Virus record (IMG/VR): IMGVR_UViG_3300031857_015429
Coordinates: 1 to 64,000 of that record
Origin: an uncultured virus (IMG/VR IMGVR_UViG_3300031857_015429)
Lineage: Duplodnaviria; Heunggongvirae; Uroviricota; Caudoviricetes
Strand: one strand, 5' to 3'
DNA length: 64,000 nucleotides
Shown: positions 9,594 to 19,528 of the stretch, piece after piece
How positions within the stretch are numbered: the stretch's first letter is position 1
Layout: the number at the start of each line of letters is the position of its first letter
Made by a program: the position numbers and the translations under genes
Notes under the pieces: model-generated
Seen by the model: only the letters and a program-made list of their open reading frames with translations
The model's database searches: none
What the model was told of the DNA's origin: nothing

Positions 9594-11123
9594 ATGAAAT
9601 CGTTAGAAGAAAAAGCAAAATTGCTTACTGAAGATATTAAAAAACAATCCGCTAAAAGAACACTTATTAGTGAAGCGAAAAAAATTGGGATTGAGAAATT
9701 GCCGTACGCCTATTCAGCTTTAAAAAATTTCATTGATGCTGAAACAATGGATTTCCATTACAATAAACACTATAAAGGATATGTTAAAAAATTAAATGAC
9801 GCATTATCCAAAAAAGAATATGGTGATGTGGAACTTGAGGATATTATTAAGAAAATCAGTAAGTACAACAAAACAATTAGAAATAATGCTGGTGGAGCAT
9901 TTAATCACGCTTTGTTTTGGAAAATGTTATCACCTAAAGAACAACAATGTGATGGACCGATACTTAAAAAAATAAATCAGTCATTTGGCAGTTTTAAAGA
10001 ATTTAAATCTAAATTTGAGGATATATCTAAAAATAGATTTGGTTCAGGATGGGCTTGGTTAGTCTTAACTAAAAGAGGTACATTAAAAATCATTTCAACA
10101 CCAAACCAAGATAATCCATTGATGAATATTATTAAAAATGGAGGTTACCCTCTATTAGGTTTGGATTTATGGGAGCATGCATATTATTTAAAATACCAAA
10201 ATAAAAGAGATGAATATATCCGTAACTTTTGGAAATGTGTGAATTGGAAATTTGTTAACGAACTGTTGAAGATGAAAACTCAAACTAAAATTAATGAGAA
10301 TATTAAAATGAAATATATCATTACTGAGGGTGTTTCCGATAGGTGTAAGAGGTCCGATGTTGTTAAATACAAAGACATATTTAACACCAACAAGTATGTT
10401 AAAAAGATTTACCGATATGGGATTGAAAAAATATTATCAGATGTATTTCCTGACAACTACTATAAAAAAGATGAGTATGGTGTTGACCAAATGAATGGTA
10501 TCTATGATTTAGAAAAACCTGGTAGGTCTGTATTAAATAAAATTAATACAAACTACGAGGTGTTCTGTGTTTTAATAAATGACATTAACAAAGTATTAAC
10601 AAAATTAAACAGACCAACAATATCATTTGATGGTAAGTCAGTTAAACAACAAATAGACGAATCTAAAAAACTTATTGAGGTTGTTAATGAATTTAAATTT
10701 AGAATTTTTACAATTTCATCTCCGACATTTGAAAACATAATGGCAACATTAGGTAGTACCAACAAAATTGGTGATGCTACTGAAGAGATGGTTGTTACCA
10801 AACTTAAAGAAATCTATGGTGAAGATAATGTAGAAAAAGTGGGAGAACTTGGTAGTTTGGAAGATGCTGTCGGTGGAATTGATTGTAGAGTTAAAATTGA
10901 TAATAACATTTTCACTGCACAAGTAAAACCATATAAAACATTTGACCTATCAAATGGGGAATATACAATGAATGATACTGGTCAAATAAAACAATATACA
11001 ACTGATTGGTTAATTTTTGCAAGTACTAGTGGTAAAATTATGATTTTTGATAATAAAAATGTCAAAATAACTAATGGTAAATATGTTATACCTGACAATA
11101 ACTTAATAAAGGATATTTATTAA
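9594..11123 (+). CDS. sod: Fe/Mn superoxide dismutase fused to a C-terminal domain with a PD-(D/E)xK-like signature
   Basis: LPYAYSAL, HYNKHYKGYV, NNAGGAFNHALFW, FGSGWAWL, DLWEHAYYLKYQN; then about 280 extra residues with GDATEEMV...GIDCRV...TAQVKP. Confidence 0.85.
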   Translation: MKSLEEKAKLLTEDIKKQSAKRTLISEAKKIGIEKLPYAYSALKNFIDAETMDFHYNKHYKGYVKKLNDALSKKEYGDVELEDIIKKISKYNKTIRNNAGGAFNHALFWKMLSPKEQQCDGPILKKINQSFGSFKEFKSKFEDISKNRFGSGWAWLVLTKRGTLKIISTPNQDNPLMNIIKNGGYPLLGLDLWEHAYYLKYQNKRDEYIRNFWKCVNWKFVNELLKMKTQTKINENIKMKYIITEGVSDRCKRSDVVKYKDIFNTNKYVKKIYRYGIEKILSDVFPDNYYKKDEYGVDQMNGIYDLEKPGRSVLNKINTNYEVFCVLINDINKVLTKLNRPTISFDGKSVKQQIDESKKLIEVVNEFKFRIFTISSPTFENIMATLGSTNKIGDATEEMVVTKLKEIYGEDNVEKVGELGSLEDAVGGIDCRVKIDNNIFTAQVKPYKTFDLSNGEYTMNDTGQIKQYTTDWLIFASTSGKIMIFDNKNVKITNGKYVIPDNNLIKDIY

Positions 11124-11124
11124 T

Positions 11125-12285
11125 ATGAAATTCATAATGTCTGAAAGTCAGTACAACCGTATTTTTGAATCTGATGGTGAAGTCGTAACAAATGCGGACA
11201 CCCGTGATTATTTATCTAAACTATGTAAAACGTCAAGAAACATTAACAGTCCATCGTGTAGATTAAAATCATTGAGGGATACTTTAGACGACAAACTTAA
11301 AAAATCATTAAATGATTCTATAAGGTCAATACACAAATTTTTTGGTCATAAAAATGTTGGGTTACTACCTAAGATTTTAGAGTTATCATTACAATATGAA
11401 GATAGAACTATTAGCATACTAAAAACCATTGCAAAATTTATAGATGGTAATGAAGTGGAAAATGTACCTTTAAAAAGAAAACTTAAACAAATAAGTAGAG
11501 AGGGTATTATACCTGATGATTTAGAGGAAATACTTAAAAATGTTCGTCAGACCGAATATACCCAATACGAAAACAGTTTTGTTGGTGAATATTTTGACCC
11601 TAAACGAACTGGGTTAAGTTTAAATTATAAATGTGGTGAAGAAAGTACCGATAAATTTATTGATATTATAGATAAACTTAAACAAACTTCCGATGAGAAT
11701 GAATTCACCGAACTACTAGAAGATATTAAATCTTGTATAGTTGAATCTTTAGAATCATCTAACCCAACTAAAATTGATGTTGTTTCTAAAAAACCTTTAT
11801 ATGTTATTGATGATAATGGTAATGAAGAAATCCTTTTTAGTGCGGGGTCAAAGTTTGAGATAAAAATGATGGATACTAACATTGATAGTTATTTGTCCGA
11901 ATTCTTTTCTATTTTTAAACAAAGCGATTTATCATCTTTTAAACCAACTCATTTAGGAATATATAACCACACCATAGACGCTATATTCAAGTGGGTTGAA
12001 AAGTTACCAATTGCTGAAACTTTCCTTGATAACTTGTCAGGTAATATGGACGGTTTAATATATGATGATTATACTATTATACCGTCAAAATACATTCAAT
12101 TCTATTGGTCTAATTTAGGTCAAAGAGGGTGTAATGAAAAAAGATTATCAATTAGATTTAGAATTAATCCTGACCTTAGAGGTACCTCAATCCCCGCTTA
12201 TGTATTTGACAGAGAATCTGATGTTTTAAAAAAAATTATTTTAAACATCCCTAAAAAAGATACCGACAAAATAATTTGTAGATAA
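11125..12285 (+). CDS. Hypothetical protein (possible internal virion protein; weak restriction-endonuclease-like motif)
   Basis: 386-aa ORF; leader MKFIMSESQYNRIFE; KIDVV...FEIK pattern. Confidence 0.5.
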   Translation: MKFIMSESQYNRIFESDGEVVTNADTRDYLSKLCKTSRNINSPSCRLKSLRDTLDDKLKKSLNDSIRSIHKFFGHKNVGLLPKILELSLQYEDRTISILKTIAKFIDGNEVENVPLKRKLKQISREGIIPDDLEEILKNVRQTEYTQYENSFVGEYFDPKRTGLSLNYKCGEESTDKFIDIIDKLKQTSDENEFTELLEDIKSCIVESLESSNPTKIDVVSKKPLYVIDDNGNEEILFSAGSKFEIKMMDTNIDSYLSEFFSIFKQSDLSSFKPTHLGIYNHTIDAIFKWVEKLPIAETFLDNLSGNMDGLIYDDYTIIPSKYIQFYWSNLGQRGCNEKRLSIRFRINPDLRGTSIPAYVFDRESDVLKKIILNIPKKDTDKIICR

Positions 12286-12324
12286 AAGAGTATCGTCTAG
12301 ATATTTATATATAAAAAAATATAT

Positions 12325-13446
12325 ATGTCAGTTATCCCAGAACCAGAAAGAAGTTCCCTATACAAAAAAGTTAGACATTTGTTGGGAGCCCCATTACGTT
12401 CAGTTGAATTAGAGGACGAACAAATGGACACATTATTAGAGTTCTCTATAGGGGAATACTCACAATATGTTCAAGATTGGCTAATTGAATCTCAATGGAC
12501 TTCATTATATAATCTTAATTTAGATACTCAATCTTTATCCCGAGCATTTATTACTAAGAGTTTGGATTATGAAACGAGGTACACATACGCTTATTCTAAA
12601 ATAGTTGGATTACAAGCTGGTGGTGATTGGGAATTAAAAAAAGACTACATTCAGTTACAAGCGAATCAACAAATGTATGAAATTCCCGCTAATAGGGAAA
12701 TCAATGAACTACTATGGTTTACACCTTCAGAATTAAATAATTTACTATTTGACCCTTGGACATTTGGAGCCCTTGGTGGAGCTGGACTTGGTGGACCTGC
12801 GGGTTATTCACAAATGGGTTATTCGGGTTCATATTTTATGATGCCAGCATTTGATATGTTATTGAGAATGCAAGAAATTAATATACAAAGAAGAATTATC
12901 GCTGGTGACCTAACTTACACTATTACGGCATTACCTGATGGTAAAAAGTCAATTAATTTAATGAATACTCCAGGTGGTAAATTTGACTTCGGTAACGCAA
13001 CATTAATGAGAGGTAAAGTGTGGTATCATTATTATGACACAACACAAGGTGGTAGAGATAAATGTCTTAAAGATAATCCTGATATTATCAAATTACCTTC
13101 AGATGTCCCTTTTGAAAACATGAGTTGGACTGAACTTAATAACCCTGCACAACAATGGGTTAGACGTTGGTTTATTGCATATTGTAAAGAAACACTTTCA
13201 AGAGTAAGAGGTAAATATAGCGGTAACTTAAAAACACCCGATTCTGAATTAACAATGGATTATCAATCATTGTCAACTGAAGCCAAAGATGAAAAAACAA
13301 AGTTAATTGAGGAATTAATTGGGGCCGAAGGAAGACTAACAAGATTGAAACCTGAAAAGGTTATGGAACGTGAGGCATTATTAGCTGAGAACTTAAATAA
13401 ACAATTAAAGTTCAGAGCAATGCCAAGACAAATATATGTGATATAA
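12325..13446 (+). CDS. Neck / head-tail adaptor protein (T4 gp13-like)
   Basis: RHLLGAPLRSVELEDEQMD and WVRRWFIAYCKETLSRVRGKYSG motifs. Confidence 0.7.
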   Translation: MSVIPEPERSSLYKKVRHLLGAPLRSVELEDEQMDTLLEFSIGEYSQYVQDWLIESQWTSLYNLNLDTQSLSRAFITKSLDYETRYTYAYSKIVGLQAGGDWELKKDYIQLQANQQMYEIPANREINELLWFTPSELNNLLFDPWTFGALGGAGLGGPAGYSQMGYSGSYFMMPAFDMLLRMQEINIQRRIIAGDLTYTITALPDGKKSINLMNTPGGKFDFGNATLMRGKVWYHYYDTTQGGRDKCLKDNPDIIKLPSDVPFENMSWTELNNPAQQWVRRWFIAYCKETLSRVRGKYSGNLKTPDSELTMDYQSLSTEAKDEKTKLIEELIGAEGRLTRLKPEKVMEREALLAENLNKQLKFRAMPRQIYVI

Positions 13447-13447
13447 A

Positions 13448-13807
13448 ATGAAAACGTTAATAAATAAAAAAAGAATTGGTGATAAATTTTATATGACCGA
13501 AACAGTTATTGATGATAGGTCACCTAAAAATAATGAAATTAAAGTTATTTCAAACACTGATTATAGAACCAAAGGAGAAAGTATTTTGGTTGTTAGAGAG
13601 GTTAACTCATCAAGAGTTATGTTGGATTCATCTACAACTAAACATATAAAGATAAAAGCATTAACAAAAGTTTTTATAATACCCATGATTGGTAAAATTG
13701 ATGAAGAATATGATGAAATTTTTATTGATAAAGGGGCATGTGTTGAGTTATTATCAATCAATAACATATGGTATATATTATCTAGTGATGGGTTAAAACA
13801 AGAATAA
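13448..13807 (+). CDS. Hypothetical beta-rich structural protein
   Basis: 119-aa ORF coupled to the neck gene; C-terminal GACVELLSINNIWYILS. Confidence 0.55.
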   Translation: MKTLINKKRIGDKFYMTETVIDDRSPKNNEIKVISNTDYRTKGESILVVREVNSSRVMLDSSTTKHIKIKALTKVFIIPMIGKIDEEYDEIFIDKGACVELLSINNIWYILSSDGLKQE

Positions 13808-13810
13808 AAT

Positions 13811-13835
13811 AAAAGGGACTTTTGGTCCCTTTTTT
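13811..13835. terminator. Bidirectional terminator between convergent genes
   Basis: AAAAGGGAC-TTTTG-GTCCCTTTTT. Confidence 0.75.
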
Positions 13836-13836
13836 A

Positions 13837-16647
13837 TTATACATACTCTTCGTACCCTTCACTAGCTAACTCGTAGATATAATCAGGCTGAATTCCTACC
13901 TTACCCCAAAATTCCATTTCTTGTTCAGTTATTGTTAACAAATCCTCAATGGTATCTTGGTCTTGTTCATTAAATGGTTTACCATTAATTAATTCACATT
14001 GTTCAGTTGTAAAGAAACCTCTATCTTCTGGGTCAGTAACTAATAACCCATCTCTAACCTCATCTTTAAAGACAATAAGTAAGGGTTCTATTCGTTTGTT
14101 GAATGTCGCAATCGCTCTTGGTACATTATACTCACCTGTCATATTTGGGTCCGATTCAATATCAGAACTTTCTAACATATAACAATTAATCTGTATCATA
14201 GCATCCATTGTCTCTAAAAGTTCTTTACCTGTTTGGTTACGGTATATGTCTTTGTGAGCGTCTTTCCATCCCGTTTTTGGTTTACCCACTTTTTGGACAT
14301 CCCCTTGAGAAGCCTTTGTACCATTATTTACATAATAAATAACATCACCAAGATTCACATTTAATTTATGTTGAATCGCCAACTCCATATGTGCCATGCG
14401 TGACATAGCACCGCCTGACTTAGTTTTTTGGTTTGCTCTTTTATTATAATCATCCAAACTCAATTTAACTTTAGCTCGTTGAGCGATTTTCATAAGTGGA
14501 ATCTCCTGATTAAATATTTTAGTCAGGTATTCATAATACCACTCAACAAAACCTTTACCATCACCCTCAAGTAAAAGTCTAACCGCTTTATCCAAATACT
14601 CCTCAATATAAAGAGGTAGTTTCTTAGATTTAATTGTGTTACCTGTTAATTTAATTTTACCCTTATGTTCTAAGGTTGCATAATTCTTTCTTGCCAAGTT
14701 GATACAAGATTTCCAGGTACCGTCACAGTCAAGTCCCATTGCACCTCTCATAAACAAATCATTAAACTCAGCAACATCAGCATCGTAACCTGTATATTCT
14801 TTACCCTCTTTAACTAACCAATTTAGTCCTTTACCAATATACTTTCTATCATCAACACCACCTTCAGGTAATGAGAAGTTCATACCATCCGTATCACACA
14901 CTAGTGGGGTGTAACCTCGTTTCATAAAGAATCTTAACATCTGACGAAGATATTGTCTTCCCGTACAAGTAATCTGTTCACCTTTGTGCATGTCACCCCA
15001 AGCAAATACTTGTGGAGCGGATAACGCACCGAATAGGGAGTTGATAAAGATTTTAATCGGTAATTGTTTTCGGTCAAACTTAAGTGAGGTTTTCTTATCC
15101 TTACTTTCCCACTCCTTAGCCAAGTTTTTATACATAATACGAGAGTTACGGAAGTAAGCTAACATTCCTTTCATCGCCCCCATAACGTCACATTCAGGGA
15201 ACACATCATGAACCAACTGAATAGATGGATATAGTGAAGAGTAGTCAAGTTTTAATACATCCTTAGAATAACCTGTTTTTAATAATCGTGATAAACCACC
15301 AACAAACGCACCTTTTTCTTGTTTTTGGGGGATTGCTAATTTGTGTTTGTATGACCACGCTAACATAATCATTTTCCATAAAGTTGCGGTACCCATTGTT
15401 GAAACTCGTTCATATGTTGTTGGTACTAAGGATGCTAATAGAAACGTTCCTTGGTTAAATTCCTCATCCACCAATAACGTTTCCTCAAGGTCATCGTCAA
15501 GATAACGCTCAACTAAATCATCACCTGTTGTTTTAATATAAACCTTATTATACTTTTCACAGATAGCATCAACCTTTGGGTCAACACCAACTTTTCTATA
15601 GTTACCATTCTCAATGTTTAACCAAAACTCTTCTTTCTTAGCATAGAATGGACCGATATCTAAGTGGTCAATATATACACGGTCTTTAGCCTCAGCATCA
15701 ATATACTTGGTAATATACTTCAAACCTGCGGACTTAATACTTGAGTTAATTGCTTGTGCTCTACGAACCGCGTGAATGATATCAACAACATTATAACCCC
15801 ACATACCAACTTGGTTATATCTTTCCACCTCATTTGCTAATTTTAAAAGGTTTTCAGACTGTTTTATGGTTGCTTTAGGGTTTAGGGTATGACAAATTTT
15901 TTTAATGTCTATATTCAACATTTTACATCTTTCAAATATCCAATACCAGTCAAAGTTTGCGGAGTTGTACCCACCGATAATAGTTGGTTTAACCTCATCA
16001 ATTATTCTAAAGAACTCAACTAAACCTCTACGTTCTTCATCTTCGTTTGAACATTCAATAACTCTTTGTAATCCTTTATTTGTTTTAACCCCAATCATGA
16101 AAATACGACCGTCTTTTGGTTCTAAAGAGGTCGTCTCAAGGTCAAATACAAACCTCGTGATATCATTATATTCGTCAAACCCTTTGAATAATCTTTTTTC
16201 TTTTGAGATGAGGTATTGTTCAACAGGGGGTAATACAGATATTCTATCTTTGGTTCTTTCACCCCATGGGTCAACACCACCATCACGAAAAAACTGAATT
16301 AAGGAACGGTATCCTTTTAATGATTTAACCATAAATTTTAAACCATTTTCTAATTGTTCATTAGATGTACCATCCTCATGAGTTGTTCTTAACTTCTCAA
16401 TCATAATACCATGTTTGGACATACCTTCTTTTTGAAGAGCCTTAGATGATTGATAGAAATTTAAACCACGTAAATCACCAACCCACGCAAATGCAGTGAA
16501 TGTGTCTTTTTGGATTAACTTACCTTTAATGGGGTCTTCTTTGATTTTGTAGATGGAGTCCGACACATAATCGTACTCAATAGCAACTATAAATTGCTCG
16601 GGGTCATTACCTTCTAGGAAGGTTTTGATTTCTTCTTCGTTTATCAT
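13837..16647 (-). CDS. polB: Family B DNA polymerase with 3'-5' exonuclease
   Basis: Exonuclease motifs FDLETT and GYNSANFDW; polymerase motifs LDYSSLYPS, KIFINSLFG, CDTDG, RKNYA. Confidence 0.95.
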   Translation of the reverse strand: MINEEEIKTFLEGNDPEQFIVAIEYDYVSDSIYKIKEDPIKGKLIQKDTFTAFAWVGDLRGLNFYQSSKALQKEGMSKHGIMIEKLRTTHEDGTSNEQLENGLKFMVKSLKGYRSLIQFFRDGGVDPWGERTKDRISVLPPVEQYLISKEKRLFKGFDEYNDITRFVFDLETTSLEPKDGRIFMIGVKTNKGLQRVIECSNEDEERRGLVEFFRIIDEVKPTIIGGYNSANFDWYWIFERCKMLNIDIKKICHTLNPKATIKQSENLLKLANEVERYNQVGMWGYNVVDIIHAVRRAQAINSSIKSAGLKYITKYIDAEAKDRVYIDHLDIGPFYAKKEEFWLNIENGNYRKVGVDPKVDAICEKYNKVYIKTTGDDLVERYLDDDLEETLLVDEEFNQGTFLLASLVPTTYERVSTMGTATLWKMIMLAWSYKHKLAIPQKQEKGAFVGGLSRLLKTGYSKDVLKLDYSSLYPSIQLVHDVFPECDVMGAMKGMLAYFRNSRIMYKNLAKEWESKDKKTSLKFDRKQLPIKIFINSLFGALSAPQVFAWGDMHKGEQITCTGRQYLRQMLRFFMKRGYTPLVCDTDGMNFSLPEGGVDDRKYIGKGLNWLVKEGKEYTGYDADVAEFNDLFMRGAMGLDCDGTWKSCINLARKNYATLEHKGKIKLTGNTIKSKKLPLYIEEYLDKAVRLLLEGDGKGFVEWYYEYLTKIFNQEIPLMKIAQRAKVKLSLDDYNKRANQKTKSGGAMSRMAHMELAIQHKLNVNLGDVIYYVNNGTKASQGDVQKVGKPKTGWKDAHKDIYRNQTGKELLETMDAMIQINCYMLESSDIESDPNMTGEYNVPRAIATFNKRIEPLLIVFKDEVRDGLLVTDPEDRGFFTTEQCELINGKPFNEQDQDTIEDLLTITEQEMEFWGKVGIQPDYIYELASEGYEEYV

Positions 16648-16710
16648 ACACTTATAGTTTTAAATGGTTCATTTGCTGCCGTTACAAACGACATTTACCT
16701 TACATCAATA

Positions 16711-16739
16711 AGTATATTAGTAAATTTGTTTTTTGTCAA
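16711..16739 (-). promoter_or_regulatory. Sigma70-type promoter of the DNA polymerase gene
   Basis: Minus strand reads TTGACA-N17-TATACT; the -10 box ends about 63 nt upstream of the ATG. Confidence 0.75.
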
Positions 16740-16741
16740 AT

Positions 16742-16776
16742 AAAAAAAGAGGGTTTTTGTGACCCCCTTTTTTTTT
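16742..16776. terminator. Terminator ending the fibre/glycosylation transcription unit
   Basis: A-run, GAGGGT...ACCCCC stem, then T-run; sits just after the stop of 16792..18711. Confidence 0.65.
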
Positions 16777-16791
16777 ATCTTAAAAAATAAT

Positions 16792-18711
16792 TTAACTTGC
16801 CACATCTGTAATTAACAGTGTATCAGTTGAGTCGTAATATGATAGTCTAAGTTGAGCATCACTTCTTAAAAATATAGTACAATTATAGTTAGCATATACG
16901 TGAGTTGATAAACTAAGATTTACAGAATTTAAACCAAATTTAACTTCGTTTAATTGGAAATCATTACCTATTATATTAAAGTAAAAATTGTCAGCAATAT
17001 TATTATTATAAAAATATTCACCAATATTATTATTATAAAAATAATTACCTATTTTATTACCTTGACTAACACTACCACCAAAACCAAAATCATTATTAAT
17101 GAGATTAGAATAGAAATAATTTCTAATTTCATTATATGAGAAGTTATTAGCGATATTATTAGCATAGAAATCATTACCTATCTCATTATATTGAAAATTA
17201 CCAGAAATAACATTAATATAAAAACTATCCCCTATTCTATTTTTAGAGAAATTGTATGTACCAATAGTTAAATTGGTTCCAATAGTATTAGTTTCAAAAA
17301 CTTGACCAATATTATTTTCGTAGAATAGTGAATATACCGTATTACCATTATATCCGTTACCAATTAAATTACGATTATAAGTTGAGTAACTTTCATTATT
17401 ATTATACCCATTACCAATATCATTATTATAGAAATCGTTATAGATTTTATTATTATTAAATTGGTTTCCTATTTCATTATTTTGAAAATCTCCATTAGTC
17501 CAAACATTATTGTTAAAGTCGTTCCCAATATTATTTCTATAAAAAGAACCACCAATTAGAATATTAAAATCAAAATCACTACCAATTCTATTATTATTAA
17601 AATTAGAGGTGATATAGTTGTTATTAAAATTTTCCCCAATTATATTACCGTCAAAATCATCATTCGTTGAGTTGTTATAAAAACTATCACCTATTTGATT
17701 ATTATCACAATCGTCATTAAATGTGTTATTATAAGAACCGTTACCAATGGTGTTGTTTCTAAATGAACCTATTAAGAATACATTATTTGCAAGTAAAAAA
17801 TCCCCAGTTCCAAATTTTAAATGTAAATTAGAATAGTTACCAATATAGTTATTAACCGCTCCACCATCATCAATAGCATCACCAAATGTTGTGTATTCAA
17901 AAACTTGGTCTTGTCTTACATTAGGTTGGTAATAACTCATTATACCATCATCATTTCCATAATAATAAGGTGAGTCAGTAGTTTCATTTATTGTTACACC
18001 TGATATAATTGCGATAGAATCACTCTCAACTGATATAATTTCGAAAAATGAAGGATTTAAATTTCGTACTGAAACAATTGACCCCGTTGAGAAATTTGAA
18101 AAAAATGTGGTACCTGTATTACCATATAACACGCCTGTTGTTCCTGTTAAACCACTTATCCCAACAAGACCACTTAATGGGTTATTTTCGTTATATGAAT
18201 ACCCATCATATCTTTTAAATAAAATACTTCTGTTATCATAATCAGTTCTATTATTAAAGTTATCAATTCTTTCAGTAATTCTACCTTTTGCAGGACTACT
18301 CGTGATTTCAGTGGTATTCCAAGTTATGTCGTATGTTATTTTATCATTAGTGTATAATGTAGAATATACAGTAGGTGAAAATTCTGTTGTGGATACCGCC
18401 AATAATAAAATTGGTTCTGTTGTTCCTGTTTTATAGTTACCCGTTGTAATAGGGGTTTTAGTGTTATCATAGTTTGGTTGGTCGTAACACGTTTGGAAGT
18501 CAGTCATTAAGTAATAACTTCCAGCGGTTAGTGTTCCACCTGTGGCGAATGAATATAACTCATCGTAAGTTCCTTCGTTATAGTTTGAATTAGTGAATGC
18601 TGAATAGGGTATATGGTAAGTATCGCCACTTAATTCTACGGGAAATAATGTATCCCTTGTTACTCCCGAAAGATATGTTAGTTGTCCAATTGTTTTACCA
18701 GTTAGTGTCAT
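16792..18711 (-). CDS. Tail fibre/spike-like protein with Asn-rich beta-helix repeats
   Basis: More than 20 copies of roughly N-x-I-G-N-x-F-x-N in the C-terminal half; fibre-type N-terminus GKTIGQLT. Confidence 0.6.
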   Translation of the reverse strand: MTLTGKTIGQLTYLSGVTRDTLFPVELSGDTYHIPYSAFTNSNYNEGTYDELYSFATGGTLTAGSYYLMTDFQTCYDQPNYDNTKTPITTGNYKTGTTEPILLLAVSTTEFSPTVYSTLYTNDKITYDITWNTTEITSSPAKGRITERIDNFNNRTDYDNRSILFKRYDGYSYNENNPLSGLVGISGLTGTTGVLYGNTGTTFFSNFSTGSIVSVRNLNPSFFEIISVESDSIAIISGVTINETTDSPYYYGNDDGIMSYYQPNVRQDQVFEYTTFGDAIDDGGAVNNYIGNYSNLHLKFGTGDFLLANNVFLIGSFRNNTIGNGSYNNTFNDDCDNNQIGDSFYNNSTNDDFDGNIIGENFNNNYITSNFNNNRIGSDFDFNILIGGSFYRNNIGNDFNNNVWTNGDFQNNEIGNQFNNNKIYNDFYNNDIGNGYNNNESYSTYNRNLIGNGYNGNTVYSLFYENNIGQVFETNTIGTNLTIGTYNFSKNRIGDSFYINVISGNFQYNEIGNDFYANNIANNFSYNEIRNYFYSNLINNDFGFGGSVSQGNKIGNYFYNNNIGEYFYNNNIADNFYFNIIGNDFQLNEVKFGLNSVNLSLSTHVYANYNCTIFLRSDAQLRLSYYDSTDTLLITDVAS

Positions 18712-18744
18712 AGTTTTTTTATTTTATAAATTTTATATAGAATA

Positions 18745-19488
18745 TTAAAATTCTAAGTATTCGTTATTTCCAATTATTATATACACACCACCCTCAGTTA
18801 TTATAGGGTTAATTAATACATCAACAGGTGGTGTTTGAGTTGGAGTTAAGGTCGGAGTTGGTGTTGGTGTATTAGTCGGTGTAGAAGATGGTGTTGGTGT
18901 ATTAGTCGGTGTAGAAGATGGTGTATGAGTTGTTGTTGTGGTAGTTGTTACGGGAATATGTGTTGTTGTTGTTGTTGTTACAGGATTGTATGTTGTTGTT
19001 GTTGTTGTTACAGGTGGACATGGGGGACACGTCGGGCAAGGTGTTGTAGTTGTAGTTGTAGTATAAGGTCCGTTAACACAACAAGGAAATTCGGAAACAT
19101 AACAACTTTCATAAGGTAATTCGTCACTTATAAAAGACTCTTGTACATTTATAAATAAATTTTCTCTTATTGGTAAAATTAAAACACCATCATCATTACG
19201 TAACATGAATTGTCCTTCATAACGTCCTACTCTATTTGTGTCTTTATTTGTGAATTGGTAATAGATGTAATATTCAGGTTCCGCATTAGGGTCTTCAAAA
19301 AGTTTTTCAACAAACCCCGCAGGTCTACTACTTATTTTTGGAACCCCTGTCTCAACATCAACCATAGAAAAGAATATTGTGGACAACTCTATGGTATTCA
19401 TAAAGTTATTATAATCACTTCTACCGTCCTTAACTACTTGTAATTTTAATACTGGTAATGTTGCGTTTTTTTTAATAAAAAACTCCAT
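18745..19488 (-). CDS. BppU-like Ig-fold baseplate/attachment protein with Thr/Pro-rich tail
   Basis: FFIKKNATLPVL...YYQFTNKDTNRVGRYEGQF...LILP, followed by PVTTTTTT and TPT tracts. Confidence 0.55.
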   Translation of the reverse strand: MEFFIKKNATLPVLKLQVVKDGRSDYNNFMNTIELSTIFFSMVDVETGVPKISSRPAGFVEKLFEDPNAEPEYYIYYQFTNKDTNRVGRYEGQFMLRNDDGVLILPIRENLFINVQESFISDELPYESCYVSEFPCCVNGPYTTTTTTTPCPTCPPCPPVTTTTTTYNPVTTTTTTHIPVTTTTTTTHTPSSTPTNTPTPSSTPTNTPTPTPTLTPTQTPPVDVLINPIITEGGVYIIIGNNEYLEF

Positions 19489-19528
19489 CTATTATTTTTT
19501 ACTATAAATACTTTATAATATAAAATAA

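Noticed and set aside
13837..16647. Intein or intron in the DNA polymerase (also considered for the helicase)
   Set aside because: Motifs are contiguous, and no splice-junction or LAGLIDADG signatures were seen.
18925..19119. Poly-Cys ORF resembling a metallothionein
   Set aside because: Antisense reading of ACA (Thr) runs in 18745..19488.
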